From: an uncultured delta proteobacterium
GTDB lineage: Bacteria; Myxococcota; Kuafuiibacteriia; Kuafuiibacteriales; Kuafuiibacteriaceae
Assembly: GCA_963803435.1 (NCBI GenBank)
Contig: CAWDML010000009.1
Span: 512,001-576,000 of the forward strand
DNA length: 64,000 nt
Reading direction: 5' to 3'
The position numbers and the translations under genes were made by a program. A model generated the notes under the pieces. That model saw only the letters and a list, made by a program, of their open reading frames with translations, searched no databases and had not been told where the DNA came from. Positions 1 through 10,210 of this stretch are shown in pieces; positions within the stretch are counted from its first letter, which is position 1; every line of letters starts with the position of its first letter.

Positions 1-230
1 AACGTCCGCCGCTTCACGCGTCCGAAGAGGAAGACCGCGGCGCAGTAGTAGTGCCCGAGCGAATAGGCGCTGAGCAGCGCGGTCAGGATCGCGCAGACTG
101 CGAGCGTTGCGGTCATCAGCTGCGGGCCCGCGAGACCTTTAAACGCTGAAAGTCCTCGCGTCCAGCGGCCCGAGCACCGAGATGAAAAAGCCCGAGAGGC
201 GTTGCTCACGGTCCCCAGTCGCCCGCGCGC

Positions 231-1103
231 CTATGATCCAGCGCACCTGCGACCCGCGAGGATCGCGAACGCGCGGAGGTGGGGAAACGCGTCCGTCGAG
301 TCGAGCATGAATCGCCAGTAGGCGGCGATGAGGCGGTGGGTACCGTCGATCACCACCGGCGGGTCGCTCGCGGCATCCCAGAGCGTGCGGTGCAGGTCGA
401 AGGGGGCGGCGGGGGCGGCCATCCAGTTCGCGTCGGCGTCGAGGGCCGTCTCGCCGGGAAGGCCGTCGAGCGCCGCATAGAGCGCGCGCGGATGGTCGAG
501 CGCCTCCCGAGTTCGACCGAAGGTGGTCATGGCCTTCTCGCCGCGCTCGAGCGCGCGGTATTCGACGGCGATCTGGTTCAGCGGGACCTGCGGGAGGCCG
601 TCCGAGGACCACCTCGACACCGCGGGCTGGAGATCTTCGCGGTCGAGGAGGATCGCGAAGAGCCGGCGCTCTCGGGCGGCCGTCCGGATCCAGGCCGCCT
701 CCTCGGGCCGGTGCGCCGTGAGGAGCTTGAAGCGATGCTCGTTCTCGGCGGTCGACTCGAAGCTCGGCGTCTCGACGATCGGCCCGGATACCCCGCCGTC
801 CCGACACCTGTGATCGCGGAGGTGCGCCCAGACCGCGTATCGCTCCGACACCTCGCCGAGCTTCCTCACCCGCGCGGAGCGTAGGCCCGCCACCGCGAAG
901 AGGGCAACGCTGCCCCTTGGCCCGTACGTGGGCTGTCCGCGGACTGTCCGGCGGCGCTCTTCCCGCCCGCGCGCCCGTGGGCTCCGGCCTGGAACGCCGC
1001 TTGGATCCGCCGCGGTCATGGCCAAGAAGATGCTGCTTTGCTTCGCGCTCTGCACGCTCGCGTGCGATCCGCCGCCCCCGGCGGGCGACGGTGTGCCCAT
1101 CAC
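231..1103 (-). CDS. Hypothetical protein; true start probably downstream of 1103 (about 920)
   Basis: 290-aa ORF with globular-looking C-terminal two thirds; N-terminus overlaps the divergent protease gene. Confidence 0.5.
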   Translation of the reverse strand: MMGTPSPAGGGGSHASVQSAKQSSIFLAMTAADPSGVPGRSPRARGREERRRTVRGQPTYGPRGSVALFAVAGLRSARVRKLGEVSERYAVWAHLRDHRCRDGGVSGPIVETPSFESTAENEHRFKLLTAHRPEEAAWIRTAARERRLFAILLDREDLQPAVSRWSSDGLPQVPLNQIAVEYRALERGEKAMTTFGRTREALDHPRALYAALDGLPGETALDADANWMAAPAAPFDLHRTLWDAASDPPVVIDGTHRLIAAYWRFMLDSTDAFPHLRAFAILAGRRCAGS

Positions 1104-3123
1104 GTTCGCGGAGTACGAGGCGCTCCATGCCTCCCGGAGCCCGAGCGGCGTGTGGTACGCGGAGGACGACCTACCCTTCGAGACGGAGGCGGATCTCTAC
1201 GCCTACTACTCGCGTCTGGTCCTGGGGAGGGATCCGGCCGGCGACGCGCTGACCGTCAAGAACAGCGGCCAGGTCGACCACGTGTGGCACGTCGATCAGA
1301 AGCTCGCGCTCTCGTACTGCATCGCCGACATGGGGAGCGCGGCCGACAACGATTGGACGCGGGACGCCCTGGACCAAGCCACGCGGGAGTGGGAGTTCGC
1401 GGCGGACGTCAACTTCATCCATCTCGGCCAGTTCGACGGCGCGGGTTGCGCGCAGGGCCAGAACGGCGTGCTGTTCCGAGTGCGGCGCGGCGTGAACGGC
1501 GTCGACTGCGGGACCAGCGGGGCCGTGATTGCGTGCTCGTTCTTCCCCGGCTTCTCAAACGCGAATCGAGAGCTCAAGCTGATGGACAAGGCGTTCTCGA
1601 AGACCTCGGCGGAGTTCCTGGGAACGACCCGCCACGAGCTCGGTCACATCCTCGGCCTTTGGCACGAGCACGCGCGCTTCGACCAGAGTGGTGCGGAGGA
1701 CTCTTGCAAGACGACGATCGGATTGCCCACGGATTGGCGCGGCGTGACGGTCGGCGATCCGTACTCGGTGATGGGCTACTCCTTCTGCAACGGCATCAAG
1801 AACGGGGGGCTCGACGTCGAGATCTCCCGGCTCGATCAGATCGGCCTCCGCTACCTCTACGACCTCCCGAAGGGCCACGGCCGTCTCAACGGCAACGGCT
1901 TCAGCCAGCCCAACAGCTTCCTGGACAAGGGCGTCGGCGACGACATCCTCTGGTACCAGCCCGGGAGCAGCAGCCTGGTGCTCTGGCAGGCGCCGGCCAC
2001 CAACGCCGCCATCTCGTTCATCGTGCACGACCAGTGCCCGACCCTGGGCGCGGTCGCCGACGTGGGCGGCAACGAGCACGGCTTCAATCTCAACGGCGAC
2101 CCCGACGACGACACCGGGCGCTGTCATCCCGATCGCCTCGGCACCGGCTGGCAGCCGTTCTCCGTCCAGTGGTACCAGAAGAACGACGCCAACCTGAACC
2201 GCGAGGTCGTCCTCTACGGGCCCGGGCCCAATGTCTCCGACGCGTTCCTGATCAACCGCGACAATGGATCGTTCTCGCTCTTCGGGACCCAGATCAGCGG
2301 CTTCTACCACCCGGTGATCGGCGCCTTCAACGGCACCGGCGCCAACTGGGCCCGCACCGAGATCCTCTGGTACGCGCCGGACGCGCCCAGCGATTTTCTC
2401 TACCAGGTCGACGCCAACCTGGACGCGACCGGCTACGCCGTCGTGGAGGACGACTACCTTCGACCCAACCGCTACGAGTACAACACCCTCGTCGGCAGCT
2501 TCGGCCTCGGCGGCAGCTCCGGCGACGAGATCCTCTGGTACGACGGCTGCTACGGCGAGGTCTGGAAGGGCGACGGGGCCCACGGCTTCGAGACCAACAT
2601 CCTCGACATGAATTACCTGCTCGACTGCAGCGCGAGCCGGCGTCTCCCGTTGCTGGGCGATTTCAACGGCGACAACCGCGGAGACATCTTCTGGTACGGA
2701 CCTGGCGAGAGCCTCCACGACGAGCTCTGGCTGCTCCCGGGCAAGCTCTGGGATCTCTCGCAGACCTACGTGGCGACGCAGATCCCTGAGACGGTGGTCG
2801 GCCTGTACAAGCCGCTGGTGGGCGACTTCAACGGCGACTTCCGCTCGGACATCTTCTGGTATCGATCAGGCCCCGACGTCGATCCGATCTGGCTCTTCAA
2901 CGCGGACGGGAGTCACCAATCCCTCAGCGCTCAGGTGATGGGCGACTTCACGCCCATCGTGGGCCGCTTCAACGAGGACAACTGCGACGACATCCTCTGG
3001 CACGATCCGATCTCCAACGTCATCTTCCCCTGGCGCTCGAACTGCGACGGCACCTTCCAGCCGCTCGAGGCCATCCCCACGCCGCCCCACGCCTATCCGG
3101 TGGGATACGGCATCGGAAACTGA
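1018..3123 (+). CDS. Secreted zinc metalloprotease lipoprotein (M57/matrixin-like metzincin) with C-terminal FG-GAP/VCBS repeats
   Basis: Lipobox-like TLAC; HELGHILGLWHEH zinc motif; Met-turn SVMGY; repeated GDFNGD-x-x-x-DIFWY motifs; ATG at 1018. Confidence 0.85.
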   Translation: MAKKMLLCFALCTLACDPPPPAGDGVPITFAEYEALHASRSPSGVWYAEDDLPFETEADLYAYYSRLVLGRDPAGDALTVKNSGQVDHVWHVDQKLALSYCIADMGSAADNDWTRDALDQATREWEFAADVNFIHLGQFDGAGCAQGQNGVLFRVRRGVNGVDCGTSGAVIACSFFPGFSNANRELKLMDKAFSKTSAEFLGTTRHELGHILGLWHEHARFDQSGAEDSCKTTIGLPTDWRGVTVGDPYSVMGYSFCNGIKNGGLDVEISRLDQIGLRYLYDLPKGHGRLNGNGFSQPNSFLDKGVGDDILWYQPGSSSLVLWQAPATNAAISFIVHDQCPTLGAVADVGGNEHGFNLNGDPDDDTGRCHPDRLGTGWQPFSVQWYQKNDANLNREVVLYGPGPNVSDAFLINRDNGSFSLFGTQISGFYHPVIGAFNGTGANWARTEILWYAPDAPSDFLYQVDANLDATGYAVVEDDYLRPNRYEYNTLVGSFGLGGSSGDEILWYDGCYGEVWKGDGAHGFETNILDMNYLLDCSASRRLPLLGDFNGDNRGDIFWYGPGESLHDELWLLPGKLWDLSQTYVATQIPETVVGLYKPLVGDFNGDFRSDIFWYRSGPDVDPIWLFNADGSHQSLSAQVMGDFTPIVGRFNEDNCDDILWHDPISNVIFPWRSNCDGTFQPLEAIPTPPHAYPVGYGIGN

Positions 3124-3162
3124 AAGGTTGTAACGGAACGGCGGCTCGGTCATCTGATCGGC

Positions 3163-3856
3163 ATGACCGACCTCGCCCAGCGCCTCGCCGGCATTCCCCG
3201 GGAGGACCCAGCGCCGGACGGCGAGCTGGTCCGCCGTATCCTCGCGGGTGAGCGCCCGCTCTTCGCGGTCCTGATGCGCCGCTACAACCAGCGCGTCTTT
3301 CGGGCCGTGCGCGCCATCGTCGGCTCGGACCACGAGGCGGAGGACGTGGTGCAGCACGCCTGGGTCGCGGCCTACTCGGCGCTGGCGCAGTTCCGCGGCC
3401 AAGCCCAGTTCTCGACCTGGCTGACCCGCATCGCGATCAACGAAGCGTTCGGCCGGATGCGCAGGGACGCGCGCGCGCGGATCGAGCTGGTCGATCCGGG
3501 ACCGACATCCATGGACGAAGAATCTCCCGAGCATGCGACCTATCGACTCGAGATCAAGGAGGTGCTCGAGCGAACGATTCGACGCCCTCCCGGAGAGCCT
3601 CCGCGTCGTATTCATGATGAGGGACGTCGAGGAGCTCAACACCGCAGAGACCGCCACCGTGCTCGGGATCAGCGAAGAGGCGGTCCGCGTGCGCCTCCAC
3701 CGGGCTCGGCACGAGCTCCAGGAGCAGCTGTCTCGGGTCCTCGAGCACGCGCACGAGGCGTTTCGGTTCGACGCCGAACGCTGCGACCGCATCGTCCTCG
3801 CCGTAACGGATCGCCTCCTTCTGACTCCAATGGGAGCAGAAGGAGGCACCGAATGA
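3163..3856 (+). CDS. ECF sigma-70 factor, frameshifted near 3578
   Basis: Region 2 (AEDVVQHAW, FSTWLTRIAINEA) in one frame; region 4 (DALPESLRVVFMMRDVEELNTAETATVLGISEEAVRVRLHRAR) in another; one extra base at about 3578. Confidence 0.85.
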
Positions 3857-4263
3857 AGCACGCACTCTCGATCCTCGCCACCCTATCCCTCGCCGCTTGC
3901 GGCTCCGCCCAGAAGCCGAGCACCTCGCAGGACATGGTGTCCAAAGGCGCCGCCCTCTTCGCGGATGCGTGCGCGCATTGTCACGGCGACGCCGGGCAGG
4001 GGACCGACAAAGGCCCGCCCGTCGTCGGCGCGGACGCGCTCCCGCTCGCTCCGCGACCAGGGCAAAAGCGGGACGTCCAGTTCCACACCGCCCTCGACGT
4101 CTTTGGATGGGTGAGGGTCAACATGCCCGGCGATGCACCGGGCACGCTCTCGGACGACGACTACCTGGCGATCATGGCCTTCGATCTCTCGGCGAACGGC
4201 GTCGACTTGAAGGACGAGCCGCTCGACGGCCCGACCGCAGCAGAGATCGTCCTCCACCCGTGA
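3853..4263 (+). CDS. Cytochrome c lipoprotein
   Basis: LAAC lipobox, CAHCH heme motif, distal NMP Met ligand; ATGA overlap with sigma stop; AGGAGG RBS. Confidence 0.85.
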   Translation: MKHALSILATLSLAACGSAQKPSTSQDMVSKGAALFADACAHCHGDAGQGTDKGPPVVGADALPLAPRPGQKRDVQFHTALDVFGWVRVNMPGDAPGTLSDDDYLAIMAFDLSANGVDLKDEPLDGPTAAEIVLHP

Positions 4264-4278
4264 CGGGCCCACTTCGTC

Positions 4279-5895
4279 TCAGCGGACGTACGAGGCCTCG
4301 AGGCTGTTCCCGTAGGCGCCCAGCTCACTGGTTGCGCCGGCGCGGGCCGGGTTGGCGTTCGCTGATCCGGCGGGATCGCCGGCCGCCAGGGTAGGGCTGT
4401 CGGCGGTGTCCTCGACGTAGCCGGTGGGCGTGAAGCGGCCGTGCGTCGACCTCAGGTGGAAGTCGTGGGCATCGGTGTTGGCGAAGAGCGGATCGACGCT
4501 CGAGAGGTTGCCGGCGCCGAAGGTGATGGTGACGCCGCCGCCGGCGTAGGTGCTCTGCACGTCGCAGTAGCTGATGGTGGTGGTGACGTTGGCGCAGCCG
4601 GAGCCGCACGAGGCGTCGAAGTCACGGCCGGGCGCATTGCCCCAGAAGATCGAGTTGGTGAACGCGTAGGTGTCGCTCGCGGTGTTGTTCTTGGAGATCA
4701 GCACGCTTGCCCCGGGCGCGCCGCAGTCCTCGCTCAAGCCACGGTAGCTGGTCAGGTGGTCGAAGGTGGCGATCGTCGGATCGGCGTCGTCGGGGCCGGA
4801 GTCGAGGAAGATGTTGCCGCCGCAGTTGGCCTCGTAGACCTCGTGATCGCTGATGCAGCGCGCTGAGTCGTCGCAGAAGAACCCGCCCCCCGCCGCCGCC
4901 GCGCGGTTGTCGCGGTAGACGTTCCAGCTCAGGTGGGCCGTCGTCTGCTGCCCGCCGCCCGTGAATGCGCCGATGTACAGGCCGGCGCCCCAGGCGGTCA
5001 CGGTGTTGCTCGTGATCTCGTTTCCGGTGAGCGTGAGGTCGTTCGCGAACAGGTACAGGCCACCGCCGTGGCTGATGTCGGGCTGGTTGCCCGCGTTGGA
5101 GTCGACCCGGTTGTTGCTGAGCCACACGGAGTTGCTGTTGGTGCTGTCGTTGATCGCACCGCCGCCGCCGCGCGAGCACGCGTTCCTGGCGATGATGTTG
5201 CCGCTGATGCGGCCGGACACGTTGTTCAGCGAGAATCCGCCGCCGACGGTGTCATCCTGCGCGCAGACGTTGTCGTGGATGTAGTCGTTCGTGATGTCGA
5301 AGCGCTGCGAGTAGTAGATGTCGCGGTAGATGCCTTGCGAATATCCGGTGATCTCGAAGCCGTCGACGGCGGTCAGCTGTCCTTCGGTGGGACCGGGATC
5401 CTCGATTCGAAGAAACGTGTTGGTGCCGTTGCCCTGGGCTCGGGAGACGTAGAGGGAAGAGTCCCGAACCGCGAAGCCCTGACCCGATTGAAAGCCCCCG
5501 GCCAACGTGAAGTAGGTCGTCCCGGGCGCGAGCGCCTCGGCGTAGGTGCCCTCTGCCACGCAGACCACCGCGCCGCTGCTGAGGGAGGCGAGGGCGGCCG
5601 CCAGCATCGGGTAGGGGCGCGCCGCGGTACCGTCAGCCGCTCCGTCGTTCGCGGCGTCGACGTACACGGTGCAGGCGGGGATCGAAGTGGTGCGCGCGAT
5701 CTCGACGGCGCGCGGGACCAAGCCGGGCGGCGTGCCCGTGTCTTGGGTGCCCGCGTCTCGGTCGCCCGCGTCGCCGCTCGAACCGTCGAGGGCGAGAGCG
5801 GCGTCGGAGGGCCCACCTCCGTCCGTGGTACACGCGGGGGCGCCCATCATGCTGAGAGCGAGCGCCGGAATGAGCCTCGGGGAGACGTTGTGCAT
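4279..5895 (-). CDS. Secreted right-handed beta-helix (pectin lyase-like/DUF1565) protein
   Basis: VYVDAAND-GTAARPY, VCVAEGTY, repeated GGG-x-N-x-I beta-helix motifs, DPLF-DFHL C-terminus; start at MHNVSPRL assumed. Confidence 0.75.
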   Translation of the reverse strand: MHNVSPRLIPALALSMMGAPACTTDGGGPSDAALALDGSSGDAGDRDAGTQDTGTPPGLVPRAVEIARTTSIPACTVYVDAANDGAADGTAARPYPMLAAALASLSSGAVVCVAEGTYAEALAPGTTYFTLAGGFQSGQGFAVRDSSLYVSRAQGNGTNTFLRIEDPGPTEGQLTAVDGFEITGYSQGIYRDIYYSQRFDITNDYIHDNVCAQDDTVGGGFSLNNVSGRISGNIIARNACSRGGGGAINDSTNSNSVWLSNNRVDSNAGNQPDISHGGGLYLFANDLTLTGNEITSNTVTAWGAGLYIGAFTGGGQQTTAHLSWNVYRDNRAAAAGGGFFCDDSARCISDHEVYEANCGGNIFLDSGPDDADPTIATFDHLTSYRGLSEDCGAPGASVLISKNNTASDTYAFTNSIFWGNAPGRDFDASCGSGCANVTTTISYCDVQSTYAGGGVTITFGAGNLSSVDPLFANTDAHDFHLRSTHGRFTPTGYVEDTADSPTLAAGDPAGSANANPARAGATSELGAYGNSLEASYVR

Positions 5896-6047
5896 CGGTC
5901 GGTCGAGAATGGCAGATCCACCGGGCTCACGCGTGATCGTTCTCGCAGTGCGGCGCCGCACCCGCCCCGCGCCTCCAGCGTGATCGAACGAGATCGCTGC
6001 CAACGATCGGGTTGCGGGTCTTCAGGGCCCTGGTATAACGCTGCTCC

Positions 6048-7688
6048 GTGCGCCGCTTCATCCTGACGCCTGCCCTCCTCCTCTTCGCGTGCAGTCACCC
6101 GGCTTCGTCCGACGATGGCCGATCGCAGCCCGACCCCATGAAGGATGCGCCCACCTACTATCGAGACGTGCGACCGCTGCTGGCGGAGCGCTGCGGCGGC
6201 TGCCACCTCGAGGGGGGCATCGCACCCTTCGCGTTCGAAGAGTACGAAGTCACCAAGCCGCTCGCCTCGCTGATCGCGAACGCGGTCGAGACGCGACGCA
6301 TGCCGCCCTGGGGCGCGCAGGACACCGCCGAATGCACGCACGACCGTCCCTTCAAGGACGACCTGCGTCTGACCGATGCCGAGATCTCGATGATCACGGC
6401 GTGGGCCCAGGCCGGCGCGCCCGAGGGTGAGGCGCCGGCCGACGTCGAGGCCTTCTCGGGCAAGCTGTCCGCGCTGCCCCGGGTCGATCGAGAGCTCGCG
6501 CCCAAGGCCGGCTTCACCGCCCAGGGCGTGAACGATCAGTTCCGATGCTTCGTGCTCGATCCCCATTTCAACGAGACCACCTATCTCCAGGGCGTGCGCT
6601 TCGTCCCCGGCAACGACAAGGTCGTCCATCACGCGATCGTCTACGCCGATCCCGGCGCGGCCTCCGACGCCCTCGCGGACGAGAACGGACAGTACGACTG
6701 CTTCGGTGGTCCCGGCTTCTCCGACACCTTCCTGGTGGCTGCCTGGGCGCCGGGCGGCATCCCGTTCGTGTTTCCGGATCGAGCCGCGATGCCCCTCGCG
6801 ACGGGCACCAAGCTGGTCCTCCAGATCCACTATCACCCGATCGGCAACGAGCCCGAGGAGGACCTCACCCGCATCCAGCTGATGCACACCAACGTGCACC
6901 CCGAGTACCTGGCCGCCGCCTCCTTCATCGGCAACTTCCCCGAGGGGTTCAATCAGGACGAGGGTCTCCTCCCCGGACCGGACGACCCGAACGGCCAGGT
7001 GGCGTTCGTCATCCCGCCGGCCGTGAAGGCTCATACCGAGTCGATGCGCCTGCGCGTCCCGTTCCGCGTGGGGCAGCAGAGATTCAGGGGCGGCTTCATC
7101 CACGCGGTTGCGAGCCACATGCACTACGTCGGCACCGACATGAAGATCGAGTTGCGACGCGGGAGCGGACAGCCGGCCTGCTCGAGCGATGAAGTGGCGC
7201 CGATTCAGGCGTGCCTCCATTCGCACTGCCCCGACGCCGTCAGCGTCGCCGCGCTGCAGTGCGCCGCGGACTTCTGCCAGACCGAGGCCGACGCCCTCTC
7301 CACGTTCTGCGGGAGCTGCCTCCAGGATCAGGTGTTCACGGGCGTGGACGATGCGTTCCCCGGCTGCATCACGCCCGCGCCGATGCCGACCGATCTCTAT
7401 GGACCGATCGTCGAGCAGCCGAGCGAGGAGTGCCTGCTCCAGACTCCGGCGTGGGACTTCCAGTGGCAGCGGTTCTACGAGTACGACGTCGCGATCGAGG
7501 ACATGCCGTTCGTCCGCGCGGGCGACACCTTCGAGCTCCGATGCACCTACGACAACACGATGAACAACCCGTTCGTCCGAGAGGCCCTCCGGCAGCAGAA
7601 CCTGGCCGCGCCTCGAGAGGTCGTGCTCGGCGATACGACGCTGGACGAGATGTGCTTGCTCGCGCTGACCTATCTCTACAAGGAGTAG
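6048..7688 (+). CDS. Copper type II ascorbate-dependent monooxygenase-like lipoprotein with N-terminal heme c motif
   Basis: LFAC lipobox; CGGCH; VVHHAIV, QIHYH, ASHMH, WDFQWQ, DEMC motifs of DBH/PHM-like enzymes. Confidence 0.85.
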   Translation: MRRFILTPALLLFACSHPASSDDGRSQPDPMKDAPTYYRDVRPLLAERCGGCHLEGGIAPFAFEEYEVTKPLASLIANAVETRRMPPWGAQDTAECTHDRPFKDDLRLTDAEISMITAWAQAGAPEGEAPADVEAFSGKLSALPRVDRELAPKAGFTAQGVNDQFRCFVLDPHFNETTYLQGVRFVPGNDKVVHHAIVYADPGAASDALADENGQYDCFGGPGFSDTFLVAAWAPGGIPFVFPDRAAMPLATGTKLVLQIHYHPIGNEPEEDLTRIQLMHTNVHPEYLAAASFIGNFPEGFNQDEGLLPGPDDPNGQVAFVIPPAVKAHTESMRLRVPFRVGQQRFRGGFIHAVASHMHYVGTDMKIELRRGSGQPACSSDEVAPIQACLHSHCPDAVSVAALQCAADFCQTEADALSTFCGSCLQDQVFTGVDDAFPGCITPAPMPTDLYGPIVEQPSEECLLQTPAWDFQWQRFYEYDVAIEDMPFVRAGDTFELRCTYDNTMNNPFVREALRQQNLAAPREVVLGDTTLDEMCLLALTYLYKE

Positions 7689-8191
7689 CCGCGCTCGCGG
7701 TGCTCCTCGCCGCCTCCGGCTGTTCCGGCTCCGAGCCGGCGTGCACGCCGCGCGCCTCGACCCCGCTGGTCTCCGCCGACTCCTGGCAACTCACCCTCGC
7801 CGGCGAGGATCCGTTCACGGATCGACCGGCGCTCACCGACTGCGTGCCCGAAGCGGTGGTGGTCGAAGGCCAGGCCGTCGAGGTCTCCACCCGCGTGTGC
7901 AGCTACGCCACGCTGGTGCAGCCGCTCGAGACCGACGTGCACGCGTGCGAGACCTTCCGCGCGACCATCGCCCACTTCCCGCTCTTCGCCGCGGGGCCCG
8001 CCGACGCCCACCTCGCCCTCCGCATCGGCGACGAGACCGTGTGGGAGCGCGTCATCCCGATCCCTGCTGACGCCGCCGTGTACTCGATCGAGCACGCGGG
8101 CCCGATCCCCGCGGGGACGCCGCTGTACTTCCATCTCCACAACCACGGCGCCAACGACTACTACCTCGCCGACGTGCGCACCGGATCGTAG
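7652..8191 (+). CDS. Hypothetical lipoprotein, partner of the monooxygenase
   Basis: ASGC lipobox; C-terminal FHLHNHG His cluster; overlaps the upstream gene end. Confidence 0.65.
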   Translation: MLARADLSLQGVAALAVLLAASGCSGSEPACTPRASTPLVSADSWQLTLAGEDPFTDRPALTDCVPEAVVVEGQAVEVSTRVCSYATLVQPLETDVHACETFRATIAHFPLFAAGPADAHLALRIGDETVWERVIPIPADAAVYSIEHAGPIPAGTPLYFHLHNHGANDYYLADVRTGS

Positions 8192-9084
8192 GCAATGGCG
8201 GCCTCCAGCGCCGCGATGTCGGGCTTCTTCATCTTCATCATCGCCACGAAGGCGCGGTCGCGCGCCGCGGCGTCGGGATTCGTCATCCACTCCCTGATCC
8301 CGACGGGGACGATCTGCCAGGAGAGGCCGAAGCGATCCTTGAGCCAGCCGCAGGGACCCTCTTCCCCGCCCTCCGACAGCGCCGACCAGAAGCGGTCGAC
8401 CTCGGCCTGGTCGTCGCACATGACCTGGAGCGAGACCCCCTCGTTGAACCGCGCCTCGTGCTCGAGGTGGCTGTCCATCGCGACCAGCCGCTGTTCGGCC
8501 AGCACGAAGCGACCGTGCTTGACGGTGCCCTCCGGGCCCTCGCCCGCCGCGTAACGCTCGAGGGCCTCGATCCGTCCGTCGGGGAAGATGCCGGCGTACG
8601 TCTTCATCGCCTCCTCGGCGCGCCCGTGCTGCGCTCCGACGAACATCAGGCATGGGGAGATGGCGGCGTCCTCCCGTCGCGGCGCGAGCATGACCTGCCA
8701 GGAGACGCCGAAGCGATCCTGGACCCAGCCGTAGCAGTCGCTCCAGGGATACGCGCCGATCGGCATCAGCACGCTCCCACCCTCCGCGAGCGAGGCGAAG
8801 ATCCGGTTCGCCTCCTCGAGCTGTGGGAGCTCGATGAAGAACGAGATCGTTGGGTTGATGGCGAACTGCGGTCCTCCGTTGAGCGCCGTGAACCGCTGAC
8901 CGGCGACCTCGAGCTCGACCGTCAAGACGCTGCCGCGCGGCTTCCGGGTCGGGTTGTCGAGCGACTCCGGGTAGTGCGACGTGGCCACCACCCGGCCCTT
9001 GGGGAGGACCTCGGTGTAGAAGCGAGCCGCGATCTCCGCCTGGTCGTCCATCCAGAGGCACGGCACGATGGGTCTGCTCTGCAT
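8161..9084 (-). CDS. VOC family protein (tandem PhnB/3-demethylubiquinone-9 methyltransferase-like domains)
   Basis: PCLW...FY, LNGGPQF, YGWVQDRFGVSWQ and CGWLKDRFGLSWQIVP duplicated domains. Confidence 0.9.
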   Translation of the reverse strand: MQSRPIVPCLWMDDQAEIAARFYTEVLPKGRVVATSHYPESLDNPTRKPRGSVLTVELEVAGQRFTALNGGPQFAINPTISFFIELPQLEEANRIFASLAEGGSVLMPIGAYPWSDCYGWVQDRFGVSWQVMLAPRREDAAISPCLMFVGAQHGRAEEAMKTYAGIFPDGRIEALERYAAGEGPEGTVKHGRFVLAEQRLVAMDSHLEHEARFNEGVSLQVMCDDQAEVDRFWSALSEGGEEGPCGWLKDRFGLSWQIVPVGIREWMTNPDAAARDRAFVAMMKMKKPDIAALEAAIAYDPVRTSAR

Positions 9085-9312
9085 AGCCGACGTCTAGCGT
9101 CGCCGCAGTGGCCGGACAAGCGCTCATCGTGCACGAGACGCACGCCGGTTGCGCGGCGCGGCGTCGCCCGCGTTGCCCGCCCCTGGTACGCTGGTACGCC
9201 GTTGGGACGGGCTCGCTCGAAGGTCGGTCGCTCCAACGAGCCGAACGCTCGATCGATCGGGGTCGCCGTCCGCTCTGGCCGTCAGGCTCGAGCTTGCATA
9301 GGATGGCGCGCA

Positions 9313-10135
9313 ATGAGTCTCGACGCGCGGCGCGCCGCCTTTCGTGACCTTCACCAGAGCGGATGCTTCGTGATCCCGAACCCGTGGGATCGCGGTTCCG
9401 CCGTCCACCTCGAGCAGCTCGGGTTCCGCGCGCTGGCCACCTCCAGCGCCGGCTTCGCCTTCTCTCGCGCGCGGCCGGACGCCGTCGACGCGCTGTCGCT
9501 CGAGATGGTGCTCGACCACGTGCGCGACATCGTCGAGTCCACCTCACTGCCGGTGAATGCCGACTACCAGAATGGCTATGCCGAGGATCTCTCTGCGCTC
9601 GAACAGAGCGTACGGCTCTGCGTGGAGACGGGCGTGGCCGGCCTCTCGATCGAAGACGCGACCGGCGCTGGCGATCGCCCGCTGTACGAGCTCTCCGACG
9701 CGATCGACCGGGTGAGGGCCGCGCGACGCGCGATCGACGACAGCGGTGAGGACGTGCTGCTGACCGCGCGCGCCGAGTGCTTCTTGGTGGGACACGCGGA
9801 TGCGCTCGCCGAGTCGATCCGGCGGCTCTCCGCGCTACGCAGCGGCCGGCGCCGACGTTCTCTATGCGCCGGGCGTGTACGATCGAGCGTCGATCCGCGC
9901 GATCGTGGAGGCGGTGGCGCCGAAGCCGATCAACGTCCTGATCGGCGCGGCCACCGACCTCAGCGTCTCGGACCTCGCCGCGCTCGGCGTCCGCCGGGTG
10001 AGCGTCGGCTCGGCGCTCGCCCGGGTGGCCTGGTCCGCGTTCAGCACGGCGGCGAAGGGCATCGCCGGCGGCGACTTCTCCGGATTCGATGGGATCCTCA
10101 CCACCAGCGCGATCAGCGGTTGGTTCCGGCGCTGA
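9313..10135 (+). CDS. Isocitrate lyase/PEP mutase family protein, frameshifted near 9836
   Basis: PNPWDRGSA, GFRALATSS, PVNADYQNG, GLSIED, LTARAE; continues YAAAGADVLYAPG...GVRRVSVGS in another frame. Confidence 0.88.
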
Positions 10136-10210
10136 CGGCACCGATACCCGCTTCCCACTCTGTGTCTCGTCAGGTCAGGACGCGCGGCGCCCTCCGCACG
10201 AAAACAGGTC

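Noticed and set aside
3163-4263. Apparent sigma factor-cytochrome c fusion (366-aa ORF)
   Set aside because: Artefact of a frameshift near 3578; the cytochrome has its own RBS, ATG and lipobox at 3853
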